Part shown: piece by piece, positions 34,134-42,849 of the stretch
Layout of the letters: each line of letters opens with the position of its first letter
Numbering within the stretch: the first letter of the stretch is position 1
From: Euryarchaeota archaeon UBA242
GTDB taxonomy: Archaea > Thermoplasmatota > Poseidoniia > Poseidoniales > Poseidoniaceae
DNA length: 64,000 nt
Direction of reading: 5' to 3'
Assembly: GCA_002499015.1 (NCBI GenBank)
Contig: DAJY01000098.1
Location: forward strand, 4,045 to 68,044
Made by a program: the position numbers and the translations under genes
Notes under the pieces: model-generated
The model's input: the letters and a program-made list of their open reading frames with translations, nothing else
Database searches by the model: none
What the model was told of the DNA's origin: nothing

Positions 34134-35491
34134 ACGTGTACCTCATCACTGTCGAAGGAGGTGATGGCTCCGGAAAAGGTGAAGCAGCAAGGATTATTCA
34201 CGAGTTAGTTGCTGAGTTCCCATTCCCTGGATATCACTCAACCCATGAACCAAGAAGGCATAGTGAATTAGGTAAACTGGCTTTGTCATCTGTCAAATTA
34301 GGTGATAAAACTCCTTTAGAAGAAGCTGGATTGTTTGCTGCCGATCGACTGGACCATTCGCATACTTGGATTAGACCACTACTTGCAAAAGGACATGTTG
34401 TAATTTCAGATAGAAATATTCACTCATCACTAATTTATCAAGGAGTCGTCGGAGAACTGGGACTTGAACAGGTTGCCAAAATGAATGCTGCATCAATGAT
34501 TCCCGACCTTGTATTTTGGATTGACTGCGACCCTGATAAAGCCATTAAAAGAATAAAGAGTGGTACTTTGCGAATGAGCAGTGGCAAAACTGAATATTTT
34601 GAAACTCCTGAAATACAGAAAACGATTAGAAAGGGATTCAATGATCTTTTATCAGGGGAAATAACTGTTCCGGCTCCATTTGACAAATGTTGCGTAATAG
34701 GGCCAATCCTCAATGAAGGGGGATTGGATGAACTTCGTAGAAAATTGCGAACAGAATTACGCGCTTTTTTCAATAGAAGGCCCGCTCCATTAAACGTTGA
34801 TGCCGATGAAGTCGATCGATACCTATTGAATGCATTGGTTAACGATGTAAAAAAACAAACAAGGTTACCCGGTGCCCCTCAAGAGAAAACTTCGATGAAT
34901 ATCGGTTGGCTTTCGGGTGAATCACCAGCAAATTGGATGCATTTTGCTGAAGATAATTGGCCAAAAAAGTCTGCAATATCATTTGATGTCCCTGCAAGCC
35001 CACATGCCCAATCGTGTTGGGCTGTTTTGGGAACTCTCTCACTAATTGTAGGTTCGAGTGAAATTCCAAGATTGCATAAATCACTTGGCCCTCATCGAAT
35101 GGTTACACAAAGACATACTCAACGATTGGTTAGGTGGCTGGAGAAGGAATGGTGGATTCATAAGCAACAATCCCATGTACCTTTCGCTGAAGCACAGATG
35201 TTCAAATTGAGAGATGACAAACTGGGATATTGTCGTTTAGCATTAGCAATGTGGCCATTGCGTTCCTCTCTAGCATCATGGAGGAGATCTAATCCAAACG
35301 GCGAATGGAAGAATTCTTTAGCGGAAATATTACTTTTAGGACAAGAAAAATCTCCTCCTCCGGCGACTAGGAAAGCTGTTAGCTATGTGATTAGCAGATT
35401 GGAGATGCTTACTAGTGGCCATGAAAATTGCCCTGTCCCACAGGATATTGATCAATTAATAGTGTGGTGGAGCATGAACCCACCGCAATGA
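34130..35491 (+). CDS. tmk: Thymidylate kinase with long C-terminal extension
   Basis: VEGGDGSGK, THEP, FAADR, ISDRNIHSSLIYQG and PDLVFWID motifs, followed by about 240 extra aa. Confidence 0.85.
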   Translation: MNVYLITVEGGDGSGKGEAARIIHELVAEFPFPGYHSTHEPRRHSELGKLALSSVKLGDKTPLEEAGLFAADRLDHSHTWIRPLLAKGHVVISDRNIHSSLIYQGVVGELGLEQVAKMNAASMIPDLVFWIDCDPDKAIKRIKSGTLRMSSGKTEYFETPEIQKTIRKGFNDLLSGEITVPAPFDKCCVIGPILNEGGLDELRRKLRTELRAFFNRRPAPLNVDADEVDRYLLNALVNDVKKQTRLPGAPQEKTSMNIGWLSGESPANWMHFAEDNWPKKSAISFDVPASPHAQSCWAVLGTLSLIVGSSEIPRLHKSLGPHRMVTQRHTQRLVRWLEKEWWIHKQQSHVPFAEAQMFKLRDDKLGYCRLALAMWPLRSSLASWRRSNPNGEWKNSLAEILLLGQEKSPPPATRKAVSYVISRLEMLTSGHENCPVPQDIDQLIVWWSMNPPQ

Positions 35492-35493
35492 AT

Positions 35494-36261
35494 TCATTCT
35501 TCTGATTCTTCGATTAACTCAAATTTCGCCCCACCTGGCAAAACTACCTGACTTGCATTATCGAACTTAATAGGTCTTGCAGAATACATTGAAGAAATCA
35601 AAATTGCAAGACCGAAACCAAATGGTGCACCTGTTAGTATTCTTGCCATGTTATTAGATTCATAGTCAGTCAATAATTGTGTGAAGCCATCAATCATTAA
35701 AGGGACGCATAATAAAACTCCAAATCCTAGCCAAGACAAGGTTCTGTAATTCCCTCTATATATTTTCTCCAACCATTTATCTGGAATCATTGATAAGCAT
35801 GTATCCTTGATTGTCCAACGATTATACCCCTTTCTAGAAAACACTAAACCACCAATTGCCAAACCAAAGAAAATTCCGATATCCCTAGTACAAACTGGCA
35901 TTTGATTACCGTTAATTTCCCATGAGCGTTCATGCTTATTGTGACAATTCAAATCTCCAAATGCATAAATGAATCCAGTATATGGGTCCAACTCCATCCA
36001 AGAAAATTGATTATGATTGTGAACCGTGCCATCTTCATGCATATGTGGTGCAGATGCTTGCTCACTATTCCCAGATGATCCGAATCCATCTTTTGTTGCA
36101 AAATCTAATGCATTCGCTCGTCCGGAGATATTTGCGACAGTGCCCTCGGGTAGAATCAAGGGTGCAATAAAAAATGAGACTAAAAAGAAACCACATATGT
36201 AGAATACCCACATACCGACTTTCCTCTCAGGTTCACGATTGGTCAACCCATTCTTTACCAT
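35494..36261 (-). CDS. DUF2085 family membrane protein
   Basis: CHNKHERSW...QMPVCTRDIGIFFG, PLMIDGFTQ and ESNNMARILTG. Confidence 0.82.
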   Translation of the reverse strand: MVKNGLTNREPERKVGMWVFYICGFFLVSFFIAPLILPEGTVANISGRANALDFATKDGFGSSGNSEQASAPHMHEDGTVHNHNQFSWMELDPYTGFIYAFGDLNCHNKHERSWEINGNQMPVCTRDIGIFFGLAIGGLVFSRKGYNRWTIKDTCLSMIPDKWLEKIYRGNYRTLSWLGFGVLLCVPLMIDGFTQLLTDYESNNMARILTGAPFGFGLAILISSMYSARPIKFDNASQVVLPGGAKFELIEESEE

Positions 36262-36339
36262 GACCAACCCTATTGCAGGAGATATATTATTCTTTAACAA
36301 TCAAAGCATTGATGATATCTGCCAATTCCCTTAAACAAT

Positions 36340-36972
36340 ATGGGAGAACTAGAAGGAGAGCCTGTTGGTTTGTCGCTAGGCATGCAGGCTGGAGGATTCC
36401 TTGGTTTATACCTCGGATTCTCACTATCGGTAGTTTCTGTTTTAACAGACCCCAGCGAATTGCAAAGATTGGTATCTCTGCTATGTTTGCCTCCTATTTT
36501 TATATCTATTATTCTCGGCCCATTCCTTGCTAGGAGAAGAAGGCCTGTTGCTTTGGCTGATGAACCGGTAAAAGTAGCAAGAGAAGCATTACAAATCCAC
36601 AATGAAGGTCAAGGTAAATGGCGATCTTTGAGCCATATCAACAGTGATGGAAGAACAATTCGAATCGATATGCATAATCTAACAAATATCGAGAATGTAC
36701 TTAAAGATGCATTGATTATAGCAGAGAGTTATCCAGTAAGATTCATTGTTGGCCGGGGAAAAAGTAGTAGTAACCAGCAAGATCTCCGCGATATAGTTCT
36801 AACATACATAGAGAACAACGTCAGTATAACTAGGAGGAATAGAAGTGCAAAGTCTATTGAAGTAATCCCTCAACCTTCAGTTGATCATATCAACTACCAA
36901 AGGAAAACAAATAAAATATTAATGATATTACTTCCAATAATTTCATTCTTCGCTTGGTTAGAAATGCGCTAA
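36340..36972 (+). CDS. Membrane-anchored Smr-domain protein
   Basis: Two N-terminal TM helices, Smr-like motifs IRIDMHNL and VRFIVGRGKSS, and a C-terminal TM. Confidence 0.68.
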   Translation: MGELEGEPVGLSLGMQAGGFLGLYLGFSLSVVSVLTDPSELQRLVSLLCLPPIFISIILGPFLARRRRPVALADEPVKVAREALQIHNEGQGKWRSLSHINSDGRTIRIDMHNLTNIENVLKDALIIAESYPVRFIVGRGKSSSNQQDLRDIVLTYIENNVSITRRNRSAKSIEVIPQPSVDHINYQRKTNKILMILLPIISFFAWLEMR

Positions 36973-36997
36973 ATATGCGCTAAATAGATGAGGTGTT

Positions 36998-37987
36998 ATG
37001 ATGAGTTACAAATCTAAAATGAAAGATTTATTGAAACGCCTAGAAAAAGGCGGCATCCCAATAACCAATGCCATTAAAGAAGCAATGATGACGATTGAAG
37101 TAGATTACTTCACCGATTTTGAAACTGCAGATTTCTATGCTGACCGGCCCATCACTTTTCTGAAAAATGAAAAAGGTGCAGTGAAAACAATTTCTGCACC
37201 TCATATGATTGTGACTCTATTATATCATTTAGAATTGCAAAAGGGTAATGAAGTCATTTTAATTGGTTGTAAAAGTGGATATATCGCAGCATTAATTGCT
37301 CTAATAGTAGGAGAAGAAGGTAGTGTCAAAGTATTAGACCCTTCACAAAATGTCACTCAGCACGCAGCAGCTCGGCTAACTTATTGGCCCAATGTTGAGG
37401 TAAGACATATTGAATCATTACAGGTCTCGCCTATTGCCTTCCCTGGTGAATTGAATCGCGTATTGGTTACAGGACAAATAAAGCAGTTACCTGAATGGGT
37501 TAATACTAGGATCTCAGAGTCTGGATTCGTAATCGTACCACTAGGTGGAAGTGCTTGGCAAAAATTAATGAAATTAGAATGTCAAAATGGTCAATTACTT
37601 CCAACTGACCTTGGTCATGTTAGTTTTGGACCAGTGAACATCTCTGATGCTGAAGTTGGCCCAATCAATCCTAATGAGTTGGCTGATATCCTTGAATTAG
37701 CGATAGAGACTTTTCGAGAAATAGAAATGATTACAGAAGAAGAGCAACAATCCATTGCTGATTTGATAATTGATTTACGCAATTTACCAGATGATTTACC
37801 TCCCCCTGGGGAAGCAGGAATCGCAATTGAAGAACATCCGATGATTCGTTTACTGTATCTGGCATCACCCTCGTTCATTCGCTTGTGGCCATTATTACAA
37901 CTCATGGTTTACCCGAGTTTAGCGAGCCCTGGTGGATATGATGTGGACTCTGATGATCACTTCAAATTCGATGATTTTGGAATCTGA
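36998..37987 (+). CDS. pcm: Protein-L-isoaspartate O-methyltransferase family protein (divergent)
   Basis: TISAPHM, LIGCKSGYIAAL, IVPLGG and VSFGP motifs, plus a C-terminal extension. Confidence 0.75.
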   Translation: MMSYKSKMKDLLKRLEKGGIPITNAIKEAMMTIEVDYFTDFETADFYADRPITFLKNEKGAVKTISAPHMIVTLLYHLELQKGNEVILIGCKSGYIAALIALIVGEEGSVKVLDPSQNVTQHAAARLTYWPNVEVRHIESLQVSPIAFPGELNRVLVTGQIKQLPEWVNTRISESGFVIVPLGGSAWQKLMKLECQNGQLLPTDLGHVSFGPVNISDAEVGPINPNELADILELAIETFREIEMITEEEQQSIADLIIDLRNLPDDLPPPGEAGIAIEEHPMIRLLYLASPSFIRLWPLLQLMVYPSLASPGGYDVDSDDHFKFDDFGI

Positions 37988-37990
37988 ATT

Positions 37991-39031
37991 ATGAGCCACA
38001 GTGGCTATAATGAGATGTTGGGTGGGATGTTCATGGCAGGCGGGCTAAATACTGAGATGGCTAGGTTGTCTCATAGGGATATTCGCCAAAGAAGAAGAGC
38101 AATACGCGTATTATTCGATTTGGATATTCCACGTGCATTAGAAGCATTTGTACCATTACTAGATGACAATGACCCATGGTTCCAATCTAAGTCATTAGAA
38201 GCACACCGTAAGTGGGCTGTTCAAAGTGGAATTGAAAGTTTAAAACCATTAGTTGAACATCGTTGGATAGATGCAAACCGCTGTGCTGCAAACCTATTGG
38301 GTCAATTCGGAAAAGAATCCGAAAAATATGCTAACATATTGCTTGTATTTGATGACCAAACTTGCCAGAGAAAGGCCGCCGCTTCACTATTACAAGATTC
38401 CGAAAATCTTGAATTGGCGCAAAGGCTGTCAGAAAACACTGATTATCAAATCCGTAAACTTGCCTATTGCAGTTCATCAGCAGATAAGGAATTGCGCTCC
38501 AGAGGAATTAATGACTCCAACAATTCAGTCAAAGAAGCGGTGCTGAGAGTCATTATCGCAAATGACGAACCTATATCTAAACAAAAGATTGTCAGTTTAA
38601 TTGAATGCGGAGTTGATAGTTCATTGCTTAGCAAACCTGCAATTAACCTAGGCGGGGATGTTTTTCTCAAATTAGTTGATTCATGCCCTTCGAATAAAAA
38701 TCTACAATTTAGTAAAGTCCTATCTGAAATGTGTAATGATGTCGATGATGAACAAATTAAAAAGTTAATAGAGGCGGGTCAACTTTCCATTATTGCTCGC
38801 TGGTTAAGAGGGAGAAATGATAGTAAAAGTGATGCACTGCTATGGCAATTGATGGATGATGACAGACTTCCAACCATAGAAAAGGCAAGGCTCCTTGAAC
38901 GCTTAATAGGCAGAGCTGGAGAACCAGAAATTAATGCACATGCTGTTGAATTTGCTAGTCGTTGCAAAGACACTTTACTGAAAGTTACAGCAGAGAACCT
39001 TTCAACCGCCGCTGATGAACTCAAAATATGA
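37991..39031 (+). CDS. HEAT-repeat protein
   Basis: Repeated L-x-D-x-D-x-x-[VI]-R-type helical units. Start is uncertain. Confidence 0.7.
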   Translation: MSHSGYNEMLGGMFMAGGLNTEMARLSHRDIRQRRRAIRVLFDLDIPRALEAFVPLLDDNDPWFQSKSLEAHRKWAVQSGIESLKPLVEHRWIDANRCAANLLGQFGKESEKYANILLVFDDQTCQRKAAASLLQDSENLELAQRLSENTDYQIRKLAYCSSSADKELRSRGINDSNNSVKEAVLRVIIANDEPISKQKIVSLIECGVDSSLLSKPAINLGGDVFLKLVDSCPSNKNLQFSKVLSEMCNDVDDEQIKKLIEAGQLSIIARWLRGRNDSKSDALLWQLMDDDRLPTIEKARLLERLIGRAGEPEINAHAVEFASRCKDTLLKVTAENLSTAADELKI

Positions 39032-40866
39032 GCCCAGTAAATTCAGGTATTACCTTCTCAATCGATGCTACCGAAGGTAATTCACGTCGCGTCCATGTTG
39101 GCATCGACATCAATGGCCCTTTCACACAACCAATTCTCAAACTTCATTTCCCAAGATGGGTACCTGGGTCATATTTTCTAAGAGAACCAATCCAACATAT
39201 GACTGAATTCGTAGCCGTGGATGATGCCGGGGTTGAATTGAATTCATTTCGCTATGAAGTTGATGCAATGAAAATAAAAGTACCTAAAAACATAAAATCA
39301 ATTTCTATCTCTTACAAATTATTAGCAACTGAACTATCTTGCAGATCTAATCATCTTGATTCAACCCATGTTCACATAATGCCGCCTTTTACTTGGTTTC
39401 TACCAACTGATGGTATTGATTTAGAACGAATGAATCAGAAACACTCAATCTCATTGCACACACCCGCATCATGGTCTGCTGCCACTCAGTATGAATTAGA
39501 TATTAGTAAGCCATGTAAGGGCTTGCTAACAGGGAACAATGGAATTACTCATTTGTTTTCTGCACCCAACCGTGACGAACTGCTAGATGGAATAATTGAA
39601 GCTAATGAAAATGAAAATATTTGTTGGAAGGTAGATGGTCGTAATCATATCCTCAAATTATGGGATAGTGGAGGTCATCCAGTAGATCAAAGGATGCTTG
39701 AAAAATTCAAACTAGATATGAATAAAGTCATCAAAGAACATCATGCTTTGTTCGGTATACCCCCATGGGACAATTACGTCACCGTCATTCAATTAACTGA
39801 GAACTCACGAGGTGGGTTAGAACATCTAAATTCACAAACATCAATGTTGCCCCGTCAATGCTTAATGCCAAATCATGCTGACGAATATATGGATTTAGTT
39901 AGTTTGTTTTCCCATGAATACCTACATCAATGGAATGTAAAACGATTGAGGCCAAGGAATTTCATCGATTATGATTTGCAAAGAGAGGCGCATACCGAAT
40001 TACTTTGGTGGTTTGAAGGGTGTACTTCGTGGCTAGGGGATATGATTTGTGTACGCTCAGGTGCATGGTCTGAAAAAGACTGGCGCAAAGATTGGATGAG
40101 GAAGATGAAGCGTACTACAACAAGGAATGGCATGCAATTTGAATCTCTGAGTGAATCAAGTCATGATGCTTGGACTCATTTATACCGGGGGCACTCATTC
40201 TCTAGAGAGACTCAAATCTCTTATTACAATGAAGGAGAACTTGCTATTTTTTGTCTAGATGCTGAATTACAGCGACGTTCAAATGGAAACACTGGAATCT
40301 GTGATCTGATGGTTGAATTATGTAAGCGCCATGCTATAGAATATGATTCTGCAGTCCAACTCGGTGTTAATTATGGTGATATAAGAAAGGCATTAACTTC
40401 AATCGATGGGGGCTCTAGATTAGGGACTATGCTCGATTCATTAATGAAAAACCGTCAACTGCCAGATGTTGAGAAAGCATGTAATTATTATTCTTTGAAA
40501 TTGGTTAGCGATATCAAAAAAGAAAATCAACAAAATCACTTAGAAAATGCTTGGTTAGGTGTTTCCATCACAGATTCTGAAGGGAAAATAATTGTTACAA
40601 CACATCAAACAGGCTCGCCAGTACGTGATTTATTGATGCCTGGTGATGAAATAATTGCAATAAATGGAAGAAGAACTGATTCAAATAAAAAACTAAACAG
40701 TTCCTTGATGGGTCAGAATGATAAGATGGCCAATATTATTTACAGCCATGAAGGTGTGATTAAATCGGCTGATGTCAAGATGATTAATAAGATTCAACAC
40801 AAAGTAAAATTAGAAGGAAAAGGTAATCACAAATGGCGCGATTATATCTCTAGTCGTCAAGGTTGA
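39028..40866 (+). CDS. M61 family (glycyl) aminopeptidase with PDZ domain
   Basis: PRWVPGSY, GGLEH, SHEYLHQWNVKRLRP, WWFEG and a C-terminal PDZ (PGDEIIAING). Confidence 0.92.
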   Translation: MSPVNSGITFSIDATEGNSRRVHVGIDINGPFTQPILKLHFPRWVPGSYFLREPIQHMTEFVAVDDAGVELNSFRYEVDAMKIKVPKNIKSISISYKLLATELSCRSNHLDSTHVHIMPPFTWFLPTDGIDLERMNQKHSISLHTPASWSAATQYELDISKPCKGLLTGNNGITHLFSAPNRDELLDGIIEANENENICWKVDGRNHILKLWDSGGHPVDQRMLEKFKLDMNKVIKEHHALFGIPPWDNYVTVIQLTENSRGGLEHLNSQTSMLPRQCLMPNHADEYMDLVSLFSHEYLHQWNVKRLRPRNFIDYDLQREAHTELLWWFEGCTSWLGDMICVRSGAWSEKDWRKDWMRKMKRTTTRNGMQFESLSESSHDAWTHLYRGHSFSRETQISYYNEGELAIFCLDAELQRRSNGNTGICDLMVELCKRHAIEYDSAVQLGVNYGDIRKALTSIDGGSRLGTMLDSLMKNRQLPDVEKACNYYSLKLVSDIKKENQQNHLENAWLGVSITDSEGKIIVTTHQTGSPVRDLLMPGDEIIAINGRRTDSNKKLNSSLMGQNDKMANIIYSHEGVIKSADVKMINKIQHKVKLEGKGNHKWRDYISSRQG

Positions 40867-41288
40867 GCATTACCCTCTAACTTCAAGATTTGTAGAGATA
40901 TATGGATTGGGGGAAGATGGTCTGCGATTGTGTGGCGGCTAGTTTTTGGCGGAAACAATTCATCTGACAAACTCATCTCTAACACTTCTTGCTTGGTAAG
41001 AGAATCTCTCTCACAGCCAGGCCAAACATCCACAGTGATGCTTTCATCACCTAAATAATCGACACAAATAACTGGTACTCTTTTCAATTCAAGTATCTCT
41101 GCAATTGCATGGCGATGGTGTCCGTCAAGAATTGCACCTGTTAGTTGATCAACGATTAGTGGTTTAGTATATCCTTCCCATCTTTTGATCATATCAAGGA
41201 GTTTATCTCTATTTCTCGGCTTTATATTTTCATGTGCTTTAAGCCACTCTAGAGGTACCAGCCGCACATCACTTTCGTCCCACATCAT
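40857..41288 (-). CDS. ParB/Srx-fold protein of the SerK/SbnI-like group
   Basis: LKAHE, KPLIVD, ILDGHHR, VDY, TKQEV and FPPKTSRH. Confidence 0.8.
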   Translation of the reverse strand: MMWDESDVRLVPLEWLKAHENIKPRNRDKLLDMIKRWEGYTKPLIVDQLTGAILDGHHRHAIAEILELKRVPVICVDYLGDESITVDVWPGCERDSLTKQEVLEMSLSDELFPPKTSRHTIADHLPPIHISLQILKLEGNAQP

Positions 41289-41358
41289 GGCTTTGCCAAT
41301 CTTCAACCTGCGATAATGCTTTGGCGCACTTGGACTTGAACAACATTGGAGGGAGGAG

Positions 41359-42729
41359 ATGGATAGTCAACGAAATTGGCCAAAAGCGGGCACACATTCA
41401 GATGTGCCCGCACAACAATGTCCCCCTAATATGTCCAAATGGCTGCAAACGTTGGATTCTGAATTGTTGTTAATTATCAATACTATTGCTGAAGCTGGTG
41501 GCGGAGTCTGGATAGTCGGTGGTGCGCCAAGAGATGTCATGCTTGGAACTGATGTCACCGACATTGACTTGGCAGTGGACCTGACTCCACAAAAAATGCT
41601 TACATTATTCCCTGACGCAATCCAAACAGGCGTTGAATTCGGGACATTGACATTGCGAGGCGGTGATTCGATGTACGAATGTACAACTCTTCGCACTGAA
41701 TCGCAATATCTTGATGGTAGGCGGCCAGAGGTAGTAAATTGGGGAACAAGTTTAGAACAAGATTTACAGCGACGAGATTTCACAATCAATGCGATGGCGA
41801 TAGATGTCTCTAGAATGAGATTACATGACCCTCACAATGGGCTTCTTGACCTTGAACGCGGGGTACTGCGTGCTGTCGGTCATGCATCTCTAAGATTGGC
41901 CGAAGATGGGTTGAGAATAATGCGGGCATATCGTTTCATGGACCGTAATGAGGCCGGAATTTGGTATCCAGACAGTAACCTTGCCCAAGCATTATCGCAA
42001 AAAAGAAGAATGCTATTAAATGTTGCACCAGAACGGATTTGGAGTGAATTTAGGAAGATTCTTTCAGGGAAAAATGTATCTATTGTGCTTGCTTTAATGC
42101 TCAAGGATGAAGTTCTAAAGATCGTGTTGAATACTAAATGGAACCTAGCAAGTCCAATTTTTGAAGCCATTTCTGAATTTACACTAAATGAGACTGATTA
42201 TTTAGCGGTATTTTCAATTCTACTCAGTGAAACTGATAGAGATCAAATACCAGACTTGCTGAATAATTTGAAAGTATCTAAGTTTGAACGAGATTCTGTA
42301 ATTGGAATTGTTTCTCGCATGGGCTATGTTCCAAACAATGTTATTGGTGAAATAAGAGTGCATCGCTATGTACTGGGTGAAGAAGCAGCGACTCACTTAC
42401 AACTAGAATACCTAATAAAAAAATTCTCAATTCGCCTACCACAAGGATCTATGGATGGATGCAGTCTACAAGAAATTGAACAATTAATTAATAAATCTTC
42501 TGAATTACCGCTACTAAAATTTTCTGGCAAATCAATATTAGATGGAAATCAGTTGATGAATTTGACCGCTATTGCCCGTGGACCTAAATTGGGTAATTTG
42601 AAATCATGGCTGCATCGTATTCAAATTGAGAGAGACATTCAATCGGAACAAGAAATGATTCAAATATTATCTACGATTGTGTGGCAAAATAGTGACGGAA
42701 ATGAGTGGCCCAAGGTACAATTCCCATAA
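41359..42729 (+). CDS. cca: Class II (bacterial-type) tRNA nucleotidyltransferase / CCA-adding enzyme
   Basis: VGGAPRD, DIDL, DGRRP, RRDFTINAMA, EDGLRIMRAYRF and APERIWSE. Confidence 0.85.
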   Translation: MDSQRNWPKAGTHSDVPAQQCPPNMSKWLQTLDSELLLIINTIAEAGGGVWIVGGAPRDVMLGTDVTDIDLAVDLTPQKMLTLFPDAIQTGVEFGTLTLRGGDSMYECTTLRTESQYLDGRRPEVVNWGTSLEQDLQRRDFTINAMAIDVSRMRLHDPHNGLLDLERGVLRAVGHASLRLAEDGLRIMRAYRFMDRNEAGIWYPDSNLAQALSQKRRMLLNVAPERIWSEFRKILSGKNVSIVLALMLKDEVLKIVLNTKWNLASPIFEAISEFTLNETDYLAVFSILLSETDRDQIPDLLNNLKVSKFERDSVIGIVSRMGYVPNNVIGEIRVHRYVLGEEAATHLQLEYLIKKFSIRLPQGSMDGCSLQEIEQLINKSSELPLLKFSGKSILDGNQLMNLTAIARGPKLGNLKSWLHRIQIERDIQSEQEMIQILSTIVWQNSDGNEWPKVQFP

Positions 42730-42849
42730 AAGTAAGAACCTACGAAGTGTATTTTGATAATTATTATTAATTTGTTTTATCTAATTCTCAATACCAACAA
42801 GATAATGAACAAAGTCCTTTCAAACTAAAAATATCAACGGGTTTTTTCA

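Noticed and set aside
36964..36985. 11-bp tandem duplication ATGCGCTAAAT across a stop codon
   Set aside because: It looks like a local slippage duplication. No inserted element or inverted repeats support a mobile-element scar.
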